64,000 nt of DNA from Reclinomonas americana ATCC 50394 (Eukaryota), in assembly GCA_048213135.1 (NCBI GenBank), contig PS015009.1:2108001-2172000 (forward strand), written 5' to 3'. Of the stretch, positions 1 to 8,724 are shown in pieces. Below the pieces are notes generated by a model. It was not told the origin of the DNA. It was given only the letters and a program-made list of their open reading frames with translations, and did not search any database. The position numbers and the translations under genes are program-made. The first letter of the stretch is position 1, and every line of letters starts with the position of its first letter.

Positions 1-1
1 G

Positions 2-577
2 ATACTGGAAGATATTGGACTGATGAAAATGCTGCCCGGTATGACCGTGATCGTTCCGGCGGATTATAACCAGACCAAAGCCGCCACCAAAGCCATTGCC
101 GGCTACGAAGGCCCGGTTTACCTGCGCTTCGGCCGCCCGGTTTGGCCCATTTTTACCAAAGAAGAAGATTTTGTAATAGGTAAAGCGCAACGCCTCAATG
201 AAGGATCAGATATTTCCATCTTCGCCTGCGGACATATGGTTTGGGTAGCTGTTGAAGCTGCAAAGATCTTACAGGAAAAAGGTATTCACGTTGACCTCAT
301 CAACATACACACCATTAAACCGCTTGACGAAGAAGCTGTACTGGCTTCTATCCAGAAAACACGCTGCGTGGTAACTGCCGAAGAGCATAACGTTATCGGC
401 GGACTGGGTGACAGCGTCGCCCAGGTGGCGGCCAAACGCTGTCCTGTTCCCATTGAATATGTGGGTACCAACGATACTTTCGGAGAAAGCGGCAAACCAG
501 TTGAATTGTTAAAAAAATACGGCCTTGATGCGGAACATATAGTAGCCGCGGCGGAAAAAGCGCTGGCCCGCAAATAG
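2..577 (+). CDS. Transketolase family protein, C-terminal subunit (5' truncated by window)
   Basis: GPVYLRFGR, INIHTIKPLD, AEEHNVIGGLG, DTFGESG motifs; the frame is open from position 2. Confidence 0.92.
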   Translation: MLEDIGLMKMLPGMTVIVPADYNQTKAATKAIAGYEGPVYLRFGRPVWPIFTKEEDFVIGKAQRLNEGSDISIFACGHMVWVAVEAAKILQEKGIHVDLINIHTIKPLDEEAVLASIQKTRCVVTAEEHNVIGGLGDSVAQVAAKRCPVPIEYVGTNDTFGESGKPVELLKKYGLDAEHIVAAAEKALARK

Positions 578-597
578 GTATTAAACTTTTACACCGG

Positions 598-627
598 AAA
601 CCAATCATACGATTGGTTTTTTATTTT
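598..627 (+). terminator. Rho-independent terminator
   Basis: aaaccaatc-atac-gattggttt hairpin followed by a T-rich tract. Confidence 0.65.
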
Positions 628-647
628 TACTGCTGTATCAACCTTAT

Positions 648-1199
648 ATGGCCGAACATTTAGACGATAACGAGCTGTTACACCAGTTCCGCAACCCGGA
701 TACCCGGGAGGCAGGATATACCCGTATCATCAAAAAATACCAGGAAAAACTGTACTGGCACATCCGCCGTATGGTGGTGGAGCATGAAGATGCGAATGAT
801 GTATTACAGAACATGTTCATTAAAGTGTGGCATGGCCTGGAGAATTTCCGGGAGGACAGCCAGCTCTACACCTGGCTCTACCGCATCGCCACCAATGAAT
901 GCCTCACCTTCCTGGAACAGCAGAAAAAAAGGAGTGCCATCTCACTCAGCGACGTGGAGGGCGGCCTCAGTAATAAACTAAAAGCCGATAAGAACTTCGA
1001 CGCCAATAAACTGGAATGGAAACTACAGATGGCCATACAGCAACTGCCTGAAAAACAGCGTGCTGTATTCAACCTGAGGTATTACGATGAAATGCCTTAC
1101 GAAAAGATGAGCAAGGTGCTGGAAACCAGTGAAGGCGCCCTGAAAGCCAGTTACCATCACGCGGTGAAAAAAATTGAGGATTTTATATTGAATCATTAA
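648..1199 (+). CDS. ECF-type RNA polymerase sigma-70 factor
   Basis: Region 2 (DANDVLQNMFIKVW, LYTWLYRIATNECL) and region 4 (LPEKQRAVFNLRYYDEMPY) motifs. Confidence 0.93.
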   Translation: MAEHLDDNELLHQFRNPDTREAGYTRIIKKYQEKLYWHIRRMVVEHEDANDVLQNMFIKVWHGLENFREDSQLYTWLYRIATNECLTFLEQQKKRSAISLSDVEGGLSNKLKADKNFDANKLEWKLQMAIQQLPEKQRAVFNLRYYDEMPYEKMSKVLETSEGALKASYHHAVKKIEDFILNH

Positions 1200-1232
1200 A
1201 CTTTTGGGCTGAAAACAAGTCAGAATAAGCAC

Positions 1233-1985
1233 ATGAAACCCGGCAGCGACATATGGAATGAATTGAATGAACTGAGCCCCGTACTGGCTGGTCTTCCGAG
1301 TGTGAACGTATTTACCGTTCCGCAAGGCTATTTTGACAGCCTGGGTACGGTGATCATGGCCAGCCTGGGCGAGGAAGATCCGGTGCTTTTTAAGCACGGT
1401 AAACTCCCCGTAAGCAGTGATGTGCCTGCTGGTTATTTCGATGGACTGGCGGACAGTATCCTGGCAAAGATCAAAGCCGGGGCAGAAGCTTCCGCTTTGG
1501 AAGAGATGAGGAGCCTGTCGCCCATGCTGTACAGCATAAAGGGAGAAAATGTATACCAGGTGCCCGCTGGTTATTTCGACGGGCTGGCTGCGGAACTGAA
1601 CGCGAAAGTTCAGCCTGCCGCTAAAGTGGTGCCCATACGCAGGAGGGCCGCCACCTTTATGAAGTACGCGGTAGCTGCGGTATTCACCGGTGTAATGGCT
1701 TTGGGTGTATTCAAATTCACGAATAATAAGAGTGATAAATTGGATGACGTGGTACTGCAGGGACTGGAGATCGCCAAAACCAATACCCTGGAACAGGAGA
1801 TGAACCAGCTTTCCGACGCTGATATTGTAAAATACCTGTCCAGCAACGGTGAGAATGTAGACCTGGCCACTGTTACCAAGTATATCGACGAAAAGAACCT
1901 GCCCAGCCAGGAAGATTACCTGACCGATGACAAAGCGCTGGACAATTACCTTGATAAATTATCCGCCGAGGATTTAAATAACTAA
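1233..1985 (+). CDS. Putative membrane-anchored anti-sigma factor
   Basis: Directly downstream of the ECF sigma; three VPxGYFD repeats; single TM segment YAVAAVFTGVMALGVF. Confidence 0.6.
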   Translation: MKPGSDIWNELNELSPVLAGLPSVNVFTVPQGYFDSLGTVIMASLGEEDPVLFKHGKLPVSSDVPAGYFDGLADSILAKIKAGAEASALEEMRSLSPMLYSIKGENVYQVPAGYFDGLAAELNAKVQPAAKVVPIRRRAATFMKYAVAAVFTGVMALGVFKFTNNKSDKLDDVVLQGLEIAKTNTLEQEMNQLSDADIVKYLSSNGENVDLATVTKYIDEKNLPSQEDYLTDDKALDNYLDKLSAEDLNN

Positions 1986-1993
1986 ACAGGATC

Positions 1994-2413
1994 ATGAAAA
2001 AATATTTACTCATACTCGCACTTGCACTGGGAAGCATTTTCTCGGTAAAAGCACAGGACGACCTGCCCGCCGACGCCAACAAGCGCCAGGAGAAGATCGA
2101 AGCCCTGTACGTGGCCTATGTAACCCAGCAACTGTCGCTTACTCCAGATGAAGCCCAGAAATTCTGGCCGCTGCATACCCAGTTCGTAAATGAACTGAAG
2201 GGGGTAAACAAAAGCCTGCCTGAACTGGATAAACAGCAGCAGTTCCTCAATATCAAAAAGAAATACCAGGACGGGTTCAATAAAATATTGGGAACCAACC
2301 GCTGTGAGAGGTTTTACCGAATCGATGGGGAATTCAAGCGTAAACTCCTTGAACGCATGAACAACCGCAAAATGAACAACCAGCAGCGTCCGGGTTTCCG
2401 AAGAGGACAATAA
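1994..2413 (+). CDS. Secreted/periplasmic helical protein (Spy/CpxP-like), third gene of the ECF operon
   Basis: Signal peptide ending VKAQ; LSLTPDEAQKFWP motif typical of Bacteroidota ECF-associated proteins. Confidence 0.6.
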   Translation: MKKYLLILALALGSIFSVKAQDDLPADANKRQEKIEALYVAYVTQQLSLTPDEAQKFWPLHTQFVNELKGVNKSLPELDKQQQFLNIKKKYQDGFNKILGTNRCERFYRIDGEFKRKLLERMNNRKMNNQQRPGFRRGQ

Positions 2414-2435
2414 CAGTACTACAACATTCGTTTAT

Positions 2436-2465
2436 AAAACCTTCCACTTGTGGAAGGTTTTTTTT
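2436..2465 (+). terminator. Rho-independent terminator
   Basis: aaaaccttccac-tt-gtggaaggtttt perfect hairpin plus poly-T. Confidence 0.85.
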
Positions 2466-2570
2466 GTTCACTTTATTGTTAAGCGTTTGGCTGGTTGGAT
2501 CAGTATCGGTTAAATAATTAATATATTCGGTGAGTAGATTCGACTATCCTTTACATCAAAAATCGAACAC

Positions 2571-5500
2571 ATGAGAAGCTTTTACCTCTTACTCTTTATT
2601 GTATTCTTATGCCCTGTAGTACTCCTCTCGCAGGGAAAACTACTTAAAACCGCCGATGACCAGGTGCTTCGCATGGAAGCCAGCCGCAAAACAACGGCGC
2701 CCTTTTCCATCCTTTTTAAAGAGAGTACTACCTACCGTTCTGCCAATGCGCAGCAACTGTTTGTAAAGTACCTGGGCCTGCGCTCCGGCATCGATGAACT
2801 GCGTGCGGGAACCGTTAACGATTTCGGCAGCCTGGTACTCACCCGTTACCAGCAGTACTTTAAAGGCATTAAGGTAGAACTGGGCAGCTATACTGTTGCA
2901 ACGAAAGACGGCAGGGTGAGCTACATGAACGGCGATTTCGCCTTCATTGACCCGGCAACATCGGTTACGCCAACCTTAACAGAAGATGCAGCCCGCACCA
3001 AAGCCTGGATTTTTATGGATGGCGCAGAACCCAACGATCCTGTAAAAACAAAAGGAGAGATCGTATTCGTGGAAGCGGGACTTAAAAACGAGCCCGATGG
3101 CAAACCCCGTCTCGCTTATAAATTCTTTATAGACTCCAGGACCAAACCCATGACACATGAAGATATTTTTGTGGATGCGGCAACGGGAGAAATACTTTTC
3201 AAAAATGCATTGATCAAAGCGGGTTGTTATAAAAAAGATCCGCTGAAAGTACCGGTACCGGCTAACTGCCCGCAAGAGGAGAAACTGCAACAGACTGCTT
3301 CACCAACCGTGGTAGCGCCATTGGCGGCTTCCCGGTACAGTGGCAACCTCACTACAATGGTTACCCGCCTGGTGAGTGGCTCTTATCGCCTTGAAGCTTT
3401 GCTGGCAAGTGAGAACTATCCCACCCACGTAAAGAATATCGGCCATGCCACCGTGTCTACCTATACACTGGTAAGCCAGTTTACCGCGGCTATGGCGGCA
3501 GCAACAGAAATAACCGATGCCGACAACAGCTGGACGCTGGCAGAATACAACAATGCCAATTTCGATAATACCGCCTTCGATGTACAGTGGGGCGCACAGC
3601 GGGTATACGATTACTGGAAAACACGCCACAGCCGCAACAGCTGGGATGGCAGTAACGGTATACTCAACTGCTATGTTCATGCCGATAATAATTTCGACAA
3701 TGCTTTCTGGCAGGGCAGCGGCGGTATCAACAGTATGTTCTATGGCGACGGATCCAACGTCGCCGGAGGATTCACCAGCCTTACCTGCCTCGATGTTACC
3801 GGTCACGAGATCGGCCACGGTGTTTGCCAGGCCACATCCAATCTTACGTATTCTTTTGAAAGCGGCGGTATGAACGAAGGCTTCAGCGATATATGGGGCG
3901 CTTCAGTAGAGCATTATGCCGACCCGCATGAAGTGGATGCCGTAGCCAAAAGTTATTTTGATATTGGCGAAGAGATTACTGTTGGCGGCGGCGCATTAAG
4001 GAGTATGAGTAATCCTAAATTGTATGGTCAGCCCGATACTTATAAAGGCATCAACTGGATTGCCGACGCTTCCGACAATGGTGGTGTACATACCAACAGC
4101 GGTGTATTGAACTACTGGTTCTATTTACTCGTAACCGGTAAGAACGGAACCAACGACCTGGGCAATGCTTATTCCGTTTCTTCCATTAGCTGGACAGATG
4201 CGGAAAGGATCGCTTTTGTAGGCGAAACATCGCTCACTGCTTCTTCTAACTATGCCGCCTGCCGTACGGCCATGATCAACGCGGCCACCTCGCTGTTTGG
4301 GGCCTGCTCCGCACAAACGGAAGCTGTAACCCGTGCCTGGTATGCCGTTGGCGTAGGTGCTGATTTTGCGCCCTGCGTTCCGTCCATATCCTTCAGCGGT
4401 GTATCGCAAACCGTTACAGAAGCTGGTGCAAGCGGCGGCGCTACCTGTTTAAAAACAAAGACCATTACGGTTCCACTGAAAATATCCTCGGCTCCATCGC
4501 AAAATGCTACCGTAAGCTTTACGATCACGGGTACAGCATCAAACGGCGCAGCGTTGGATTATACCATCACGCCTGCAACCGTTACCTTCCCTTCAGGATC
4601 GGCTGCCAACCAGAACCTTACGGTTACCATCAATAACGATGCCTACGTGGAAGGTGACGAGACCATCATTCTTACCATCAATACATTAACGACAACCGGT
4701 AACGCGGTGAAAGCAAATGCATACCAGCAGTATACCGTTACCATTACCGATAATGATTATGGCCCGTCCAATTCTGTGGCGCAGCTGAATCAAACGCTGT
4801 ATACAGAAAACTTCACGGCACCGGGTACATGGGGACAAGCCACCAGCAGCGGCGCGGCCAATATCTGGAGACTGGGCAGGAATGCGTCTACGGATACCTA
4901 TTTCGGCGCCAGCAACAATTGTGCTTATGTATCACAGAATACAGGCACTTATGCTTATAATACCACCGCAGGTATCGCCAGGCTGCAATCGCCTAATATT
5001 ACTACTACCGGAGCTACCAATCTTAAACTCACATTTGATTATGTATGCAATGGTGAACTGGATGCTGGTGTGTATTATGACTATGGCAGCTTATGGTATT
5101 CTATCAATGGCGGTACCAGCTGGTTACCTATTCCTTTATCAAATGCTTACTTCCAGGGTGTTACCACCAAAACTACGGTAACGGTTTCCCTGCCGTCCAA
5201 TGCCAATAACATCACTACGCTGAAACTGGGCTTCCGCTGGGATAATGATAACTCAGTAGGCAATGCGCCACCATTTGGTATTGATAACATCGTAGTTACA
5301 GGCGATAAAACGACCGCGGCTACGGTTCAGGCAGCCGTTAACACTGGAACTTCATCAGATCAGCAATACCTGGGCCCCAATGCTACGGTTAACTTTTACG
5401 ACAATGTGAGTGGAAATATTATGGGTACCATACAAAACCTCAGCAGTCACGATTATGGTTGTACCACGTTTGAAGTGGACAGGGCCGGTACCAGCGCACT

Positions 5501-6398
5501 CTTCGTTACAGGAGACGTGAGCGGCAACAACAAACAACGCCTGTCGAGCAAAACATTCCGTGTAACACCAACCACCAATAACGCGTCGGGTACTTATCGC
5601 ATTACTTTGTACTATACCGCCGCGGAAAAAACAGGATATGAATCCGCTTCTACCCGCGCCTGGGTGGCCGATAATGGTTCCAACAACGGTGTAAAAATTA
5701 CGAAGAGTCCGGGTGCTATCAGTGCTGTAACCAGTACATCCAGTAACATACGTACCGCTATCGAATCTGTAGGTACATTCGGCAGCGATTATACTATTGT
5801 AGCGCAGTTCACCAATGGTTTCTCCGGTTTTGCCGCAGGTATACCACCAGTGAATGTACTGCCGGTAACGCTGGTAGACTTTACCGGTGTTAAGAACGGA
5901 ACCTCAGTGTTGCTCAACTGGCGTGTGGCGCAGCAGATCAACATCGGGTCTTATGTTGTGCAGCACAGTACCGATGGCAGTAACTTTACTGACATTGCTA
6001 CACTCGGCGCCAACCAGCAGACCGACGCCCGGTACGATTATACACACCTGCAACCCGTGCCCGGCAACAATTTTTATCGAATTAAGATCATGAATGCCGG
6101 TGGCGGTTACACCTATTCCGCTATTGTAAAAGTGAATATGGCCGGCAGCCGCAACACGCTTGTTGTAGCCCCTAATCCCGTTACACAGGACCAGTTCACC
6201 ATACAATACAGCCACAGCAGTACGATACAGCAGATCAGCATTGTAGATGTAGCGGGCCGTGTTATTCAAAACCTCAAACCCACCGGCAGCAGCGGCTCCC
6301 TGGCGGTAGACGCAACCACCATTAAGGCTGGCATATATTTTGTAAAAATGCTTACAGCGGATAAAGAAGTGGTAACACAAAAATTGGTTCGTCAGTAG
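2571..6398 (+). CDS. T9SS-secreted M4 (thermolysin-like) metallopeptidase with FTP/PepSY propeptide, Calx-beta-like domain and type A CTD
   Basis: Signal peptide; DNAFW, HEIGH, NEGFSD, GVHTNSG motifs; LPVTL...VAPNPV...AGIYFVK...QKLVRQ CTD. Confidence 0.92.
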   Translation: MRSFYLLLFIVFLCPVVLLSQGKLLKTADDQVLRMEASRKTTAPFSILFKESTTYRSANAQQLFVKYLGLRSGIDELRAGTVNDFGSLVLTRYQQYFKGIKVELGSYTVATKDGRVSYMNGDFAFIDPATSVTPTLTEDAARTKAWIFMDGAEPNDPVKTKGEIVFVEAGLKNEPDGKPRLAYKFFIDSRTKPMTHEDIFVDAATGEILFKNALIKAGCYKKDPLKVPVPANCPQEEKLQQTASPTVVAPLAASRYSGNLTTMVTRLVSGSYRLEALLASENYPTHVKNIGHATVSTYTLVSQFTAAMAAATEITDADNSWTLAEYNNANFDNTAFDVQWGAQRVYDYWKTRHSRNSWDGSNGILNCYVHADNNFDNAFWQGSGGINSMFYGDGSNVAGGFTSLTCLDVTGHEIGHGVCQATSNLTYSFESGGMNEGFSDIWGASVEHYADPHEVDAVAKSYFDIGEEITVGGGALRSMSNPKLYGQPDTYKGINWIADASDNGGVHTNSGVLNYWFYLLVTGKNGTNDLGNAYSVSSISWTDAERIAFVGETSLTASSNYAACRTAMINAATSLFGACSAQTEAVTRAWYAVGVGADFAPCVPSISFSGVSQTVTEAGASGGATCLKTKTITVPLKISSAPSQNATVSFTITGTASNGAALDYTITPATVTFPSGSAANQNLTVTINNDAYVEGDETIILTINTLTTTGNAVKANAYQQYTVTITDNDYGPSNSVAQLNQTLYTENFTAPGTWGQATSSGAANIWRLGRNASTDTYFGASNNCAYVSQNTGTYAYNTTAGIARLQSPNITTTGATNLKLTFDYVCNGELDAGVYYDYGSLWYSINGGTSWLPIPLSNAYFQGVTTKTTVTVSLPSNANNITTLKLGFRWDNDNSVGNAPPFGIDNIVVTGDKTTAATVQAAVNTGTSSDQQYLGPNATVNFYDNVSGNIMGTIQNLSSHDYGCTTFEVDRAGTSALFVTGDVSGNNKQRLSSKTFRVTPTTNNASGTYRITLYYTAAEKTGYESASTRAWVADNGSNNGVKITKSPGAISAVTSTSSNIRTAIESVGTFGSDYTIVAQFTNGFSGFAAGIPPVNVLPVTLVDFTGVKNGTSVLLNWRVAQQINIGSYVVQHSTDGSNFTDIATLGANQQTDARYDYTHLQPVPGNNFYRIKIMNAGGGYTYSAIVKVNMAGSRNTLVVAPNPVTQDQFTIQYSHSSTIQQISIVDVAGRVIQNLKPTGSSGSLAVDATTIKAGIYFVKMLTADKEVVTQKLVRQ

Positions 6399-6418
6399 TT
6401 GATTGATTCATATACATA

Positions 6419-6450
6419 GAAAGTCCCGGGCATATATACCCGGGACTTTC
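6419..6450. terminator. Bidirectional terminator between convergent genes
   Basis: gaaagtcccggg-catatata-cccgggactttc inverted repeat. Confidence 0.8.
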
Positions 6451-6484
6451 TATTACAAACAGAATCTGTTTTTAAACTCTAAAG

Positions 6485-7645
6485 TTATTGTTTGAATATC
6501 TTTCCTCCCAGGTTATGAATGTCGGAATCCGTAATTGTTGGGTCAACTTTCTTTTTGAGACTAATGCTTTCAGTTTCAAGATGACAATAGGCAATTTTTC
6601 GATCAAACTTCGGATCGGTTAATTTTTGCAATAACTCCAGTGTGGTAAAATGATTGTCTTTTGCTGAGATGTAGGTTAGCAGTCTGTGTGCAATAGGACC
6701 TACCATAATATGATCATTCAGGGCTTTATTTGAGAAAGGAACAGTTTGAACAGCGACATTTTTATTTTTACTATAAACAACTTTATTTCCAAAAGCGTAG
6801 TACATATTCCTTGCGATATTTCCAGAGAGGTCTGACATGTAGTCGGGAGTATTCATAACACTGTCAAGAAGATATCCAACTGCGGTGATAACCATAGAAG
6901 TGGAATCGCCAAAATTCTTCACATCTTCTATAGAAGGACGCTTGTAATCTTTATATTTTTCGGGGTTTATATTGAAGTTGTCATTGCAGCAGTCAGCAAA
7001 TATTACCAATCTTGGGAGACGTTGTTTGAAATTTTTAAGTAAAGAATCTTTCAGGTCTTTATAAGTTTGGTTTTCCTTCTTTTCTTTTTCGTTATAGCTG
7101 CCAAATGGTGCCTGGAGGTGTTCATACTGGTAAGCAGTGTACCCGAGCATAACCCCGATCACAAGTTTTGCGTAGTCTTCGCCGGGCTGGTATTCAGATA
7201 CTTTACCCATGAATTCCATTTGAACATCACGTATGTTTAATAACTGGTTGGCGAGGTAGCTTTTGTTTAGTAAACTATCTTTTAGGTCGGTTTTTCCCGG
7301 GAAGAAAAATAGGTTGTCATTTTTTTCGTCATTCTGACCATGTCCGCAGTAGTATAAAAATACCACCGCATTTGTATCTGAAGCGGCTGACCTGAAAGTG
7401 CGCATTATCGCTTTTATCATAGTATCCCGGGAAAGAGGAATATCTTCCTTTGGAACAAGTACGGATCCTTTTCCATACTTATTAAGTGCAGTACCTACAA
7501 CCTTAGCGCTTATAATGGCATTAGGAACATCGGGCAAACTCTTATAATAGCCGTTGCCTATTGACAGGTAGTATAAATTGGATGTCTGCGTTAAAGCCCT
7601 TGCGGGCGAATAGAGCAGGATTAATACCAGGATCAGCTTATTCAT
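6485..7645 (-). CDS. Caspase/metacaspase-like (peptidase C14) protein with signal peptide
   Basis: YYLSIGNGYY...DVPNA strand, VFLYYCGHG (His) and VIFADCC (Cys) dyad motifs; hydrophobic N-terminus. Confidence 0.75.
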   Translation of the reverse strand: MNKLILVLILLYSPARALTQTSNLYYLSIGNGYYKSLPDVPNAIISAKVVGTALNKYGKGSVLVPKEDIPLSRDTMIKAIMRTFRSAASDTNAVVFLYYCGHGQNDEKNDNLFFFPGKTDLKDSLLNKSYLANQLLNIRDVQMEFMGKVSEYQPGEDYAKLVIGVMLGYTAYQYEHLQAPFGSYNEKEKKENQTYKDLKDSLLKNFKQRLPRLVIFADCCNDNFNINPEKYKDYKRPSIEDVKNFGDSTSMVITAVGYLLDSVMNTPDYMSDLSGNIARNMYYAFGNKVVYSKNKNVAVQTVPFSNKALNDHIMVGPIAHRLLTYISAKDNHFTTLELLQKLTDPKFDRKIAYCHLETESISLKKKVDPTITDSDIHNLGGKIFKQ

Positions 7646-8135
7646 CAGTTAATTTTTTTCGGGTTGCGGAAAAGCGTTTTTCATAGGAGCCAATCAGTTC
7701 ATTTCCCGCTTTCCGGATACTTTCTAACTGGTCAAAATCGGGATTGACCTGGTCTTTAAATGTATTGATATCGATAACCCCAATTTGCTCCCGGAAATCC
7801 ATAAGCTTGGTTTTCATTGAGTCATCAGTATAAAATAAAGCTTCACCCCAGTATTGAATAAGAAATTCTTTAGAGCCTTCTTTATATAGGGCCGGGTCAA
7901 TTTGATTAGGTGTAATGCTGGTTAATATTTTACCGGTTGAAGTGCAGATCTTTTCATAATGAGCTAGCTCTTTTTGCCAAACATCTTTCCGGTATTCGAT
8001 AGTTTTATTTTGAGATTGCTGTTTATTGAACTGGTATACGCCTATCAGTATACCAATAATGAATCCAATTGATTTTAAGACGATTTCAAATACCGCAAGC
8101 ACAACCTGGCTGCGTTTAAATTTTTCTTCCTGCAT
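7638..8135 (-). CDS. Hypothetical protein with one N-terminal TM helix and a helical domain
   Basis: 165-aa ORF, TM segment IVLKSIGFIIGILIGVYQF; its stop overlaps the caspase start. Confidence 0.65.
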   Translation of the reverse strand: MQEEKFKRSQVVLAVFEIVLKSIGFIIGILIGVYQFNKQQSQNKTIEYRKDVWQKELAHYEKICTSTGKILTSITPNQIDPALYKEGSKEFLIQYWGEALFYTDDSMKTKLMDFREQIGVIDINTFKDQVNPDFDQLESIRKAGNELIGSYEKRFSATRKKLTDE

Positions 8136-8138
8136 ATG

Positions 8139-8542
8139 CTAGTCTTTAAGATGGATATAGGTCCATGATCTTTTAGATAAATAGTTTCTTTTGGTTAAAA
8201 TGATCCTTTGGGGAGTGTTGTCATTTAAAAAAGTAATAGCGTAATCATTTCCACCATATGAAAAACGCCACCTGAATTTTGCGTCTCTATATAGTTTCCA
8301 GAAAAAAATGAGTGATTGTTTTTTGTCGCATGACTCCTCTACCAGTTGTTGATTAGCCGCGTAGATAATCAGGATTTTTCCTTTACATGGCTTTTTTTGT
8401 TTCCTAAATAGTCTTGTTTCTCCGGGTACCATTTTTTATAATTTGTTCCGGCTAAGACCTGTATATAACTTGCGGAGTCTGTTTGCGAATAAGAGATAGC
8501 TGTAACAAAGAAAGCCAAGATTGCAAGGATAGCGCTTTTCAT
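8139..8542 (-). pseudogene. Small secreted protein split by a frameshift (57-aa signal-peptide ORF 8369-8542 plus ORF 8139-8432)
   Basis: ATG at 8542 gives MKSAILAILAFFVTAISYSQ...; adding one A to the A7 run (8392-8398) joins both frames into 134 aa. Confidence 0.55.
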
Positions 8543-8724
8543 AAACCGTATTACGTTTAACGGATTTAACAGGGAATGCCTGTATAAATGTAAGAATTCT
8601 CATATGTACGGCAATGTTTCAGGGTTAAAAGATCAACCGGACTTTAATTCAGGTACATCTACGTATACCCGGGCACATCCTTTTTCTTATCTATGTACAT
8701 CATTCATAAGAAAAACCTTACCCC

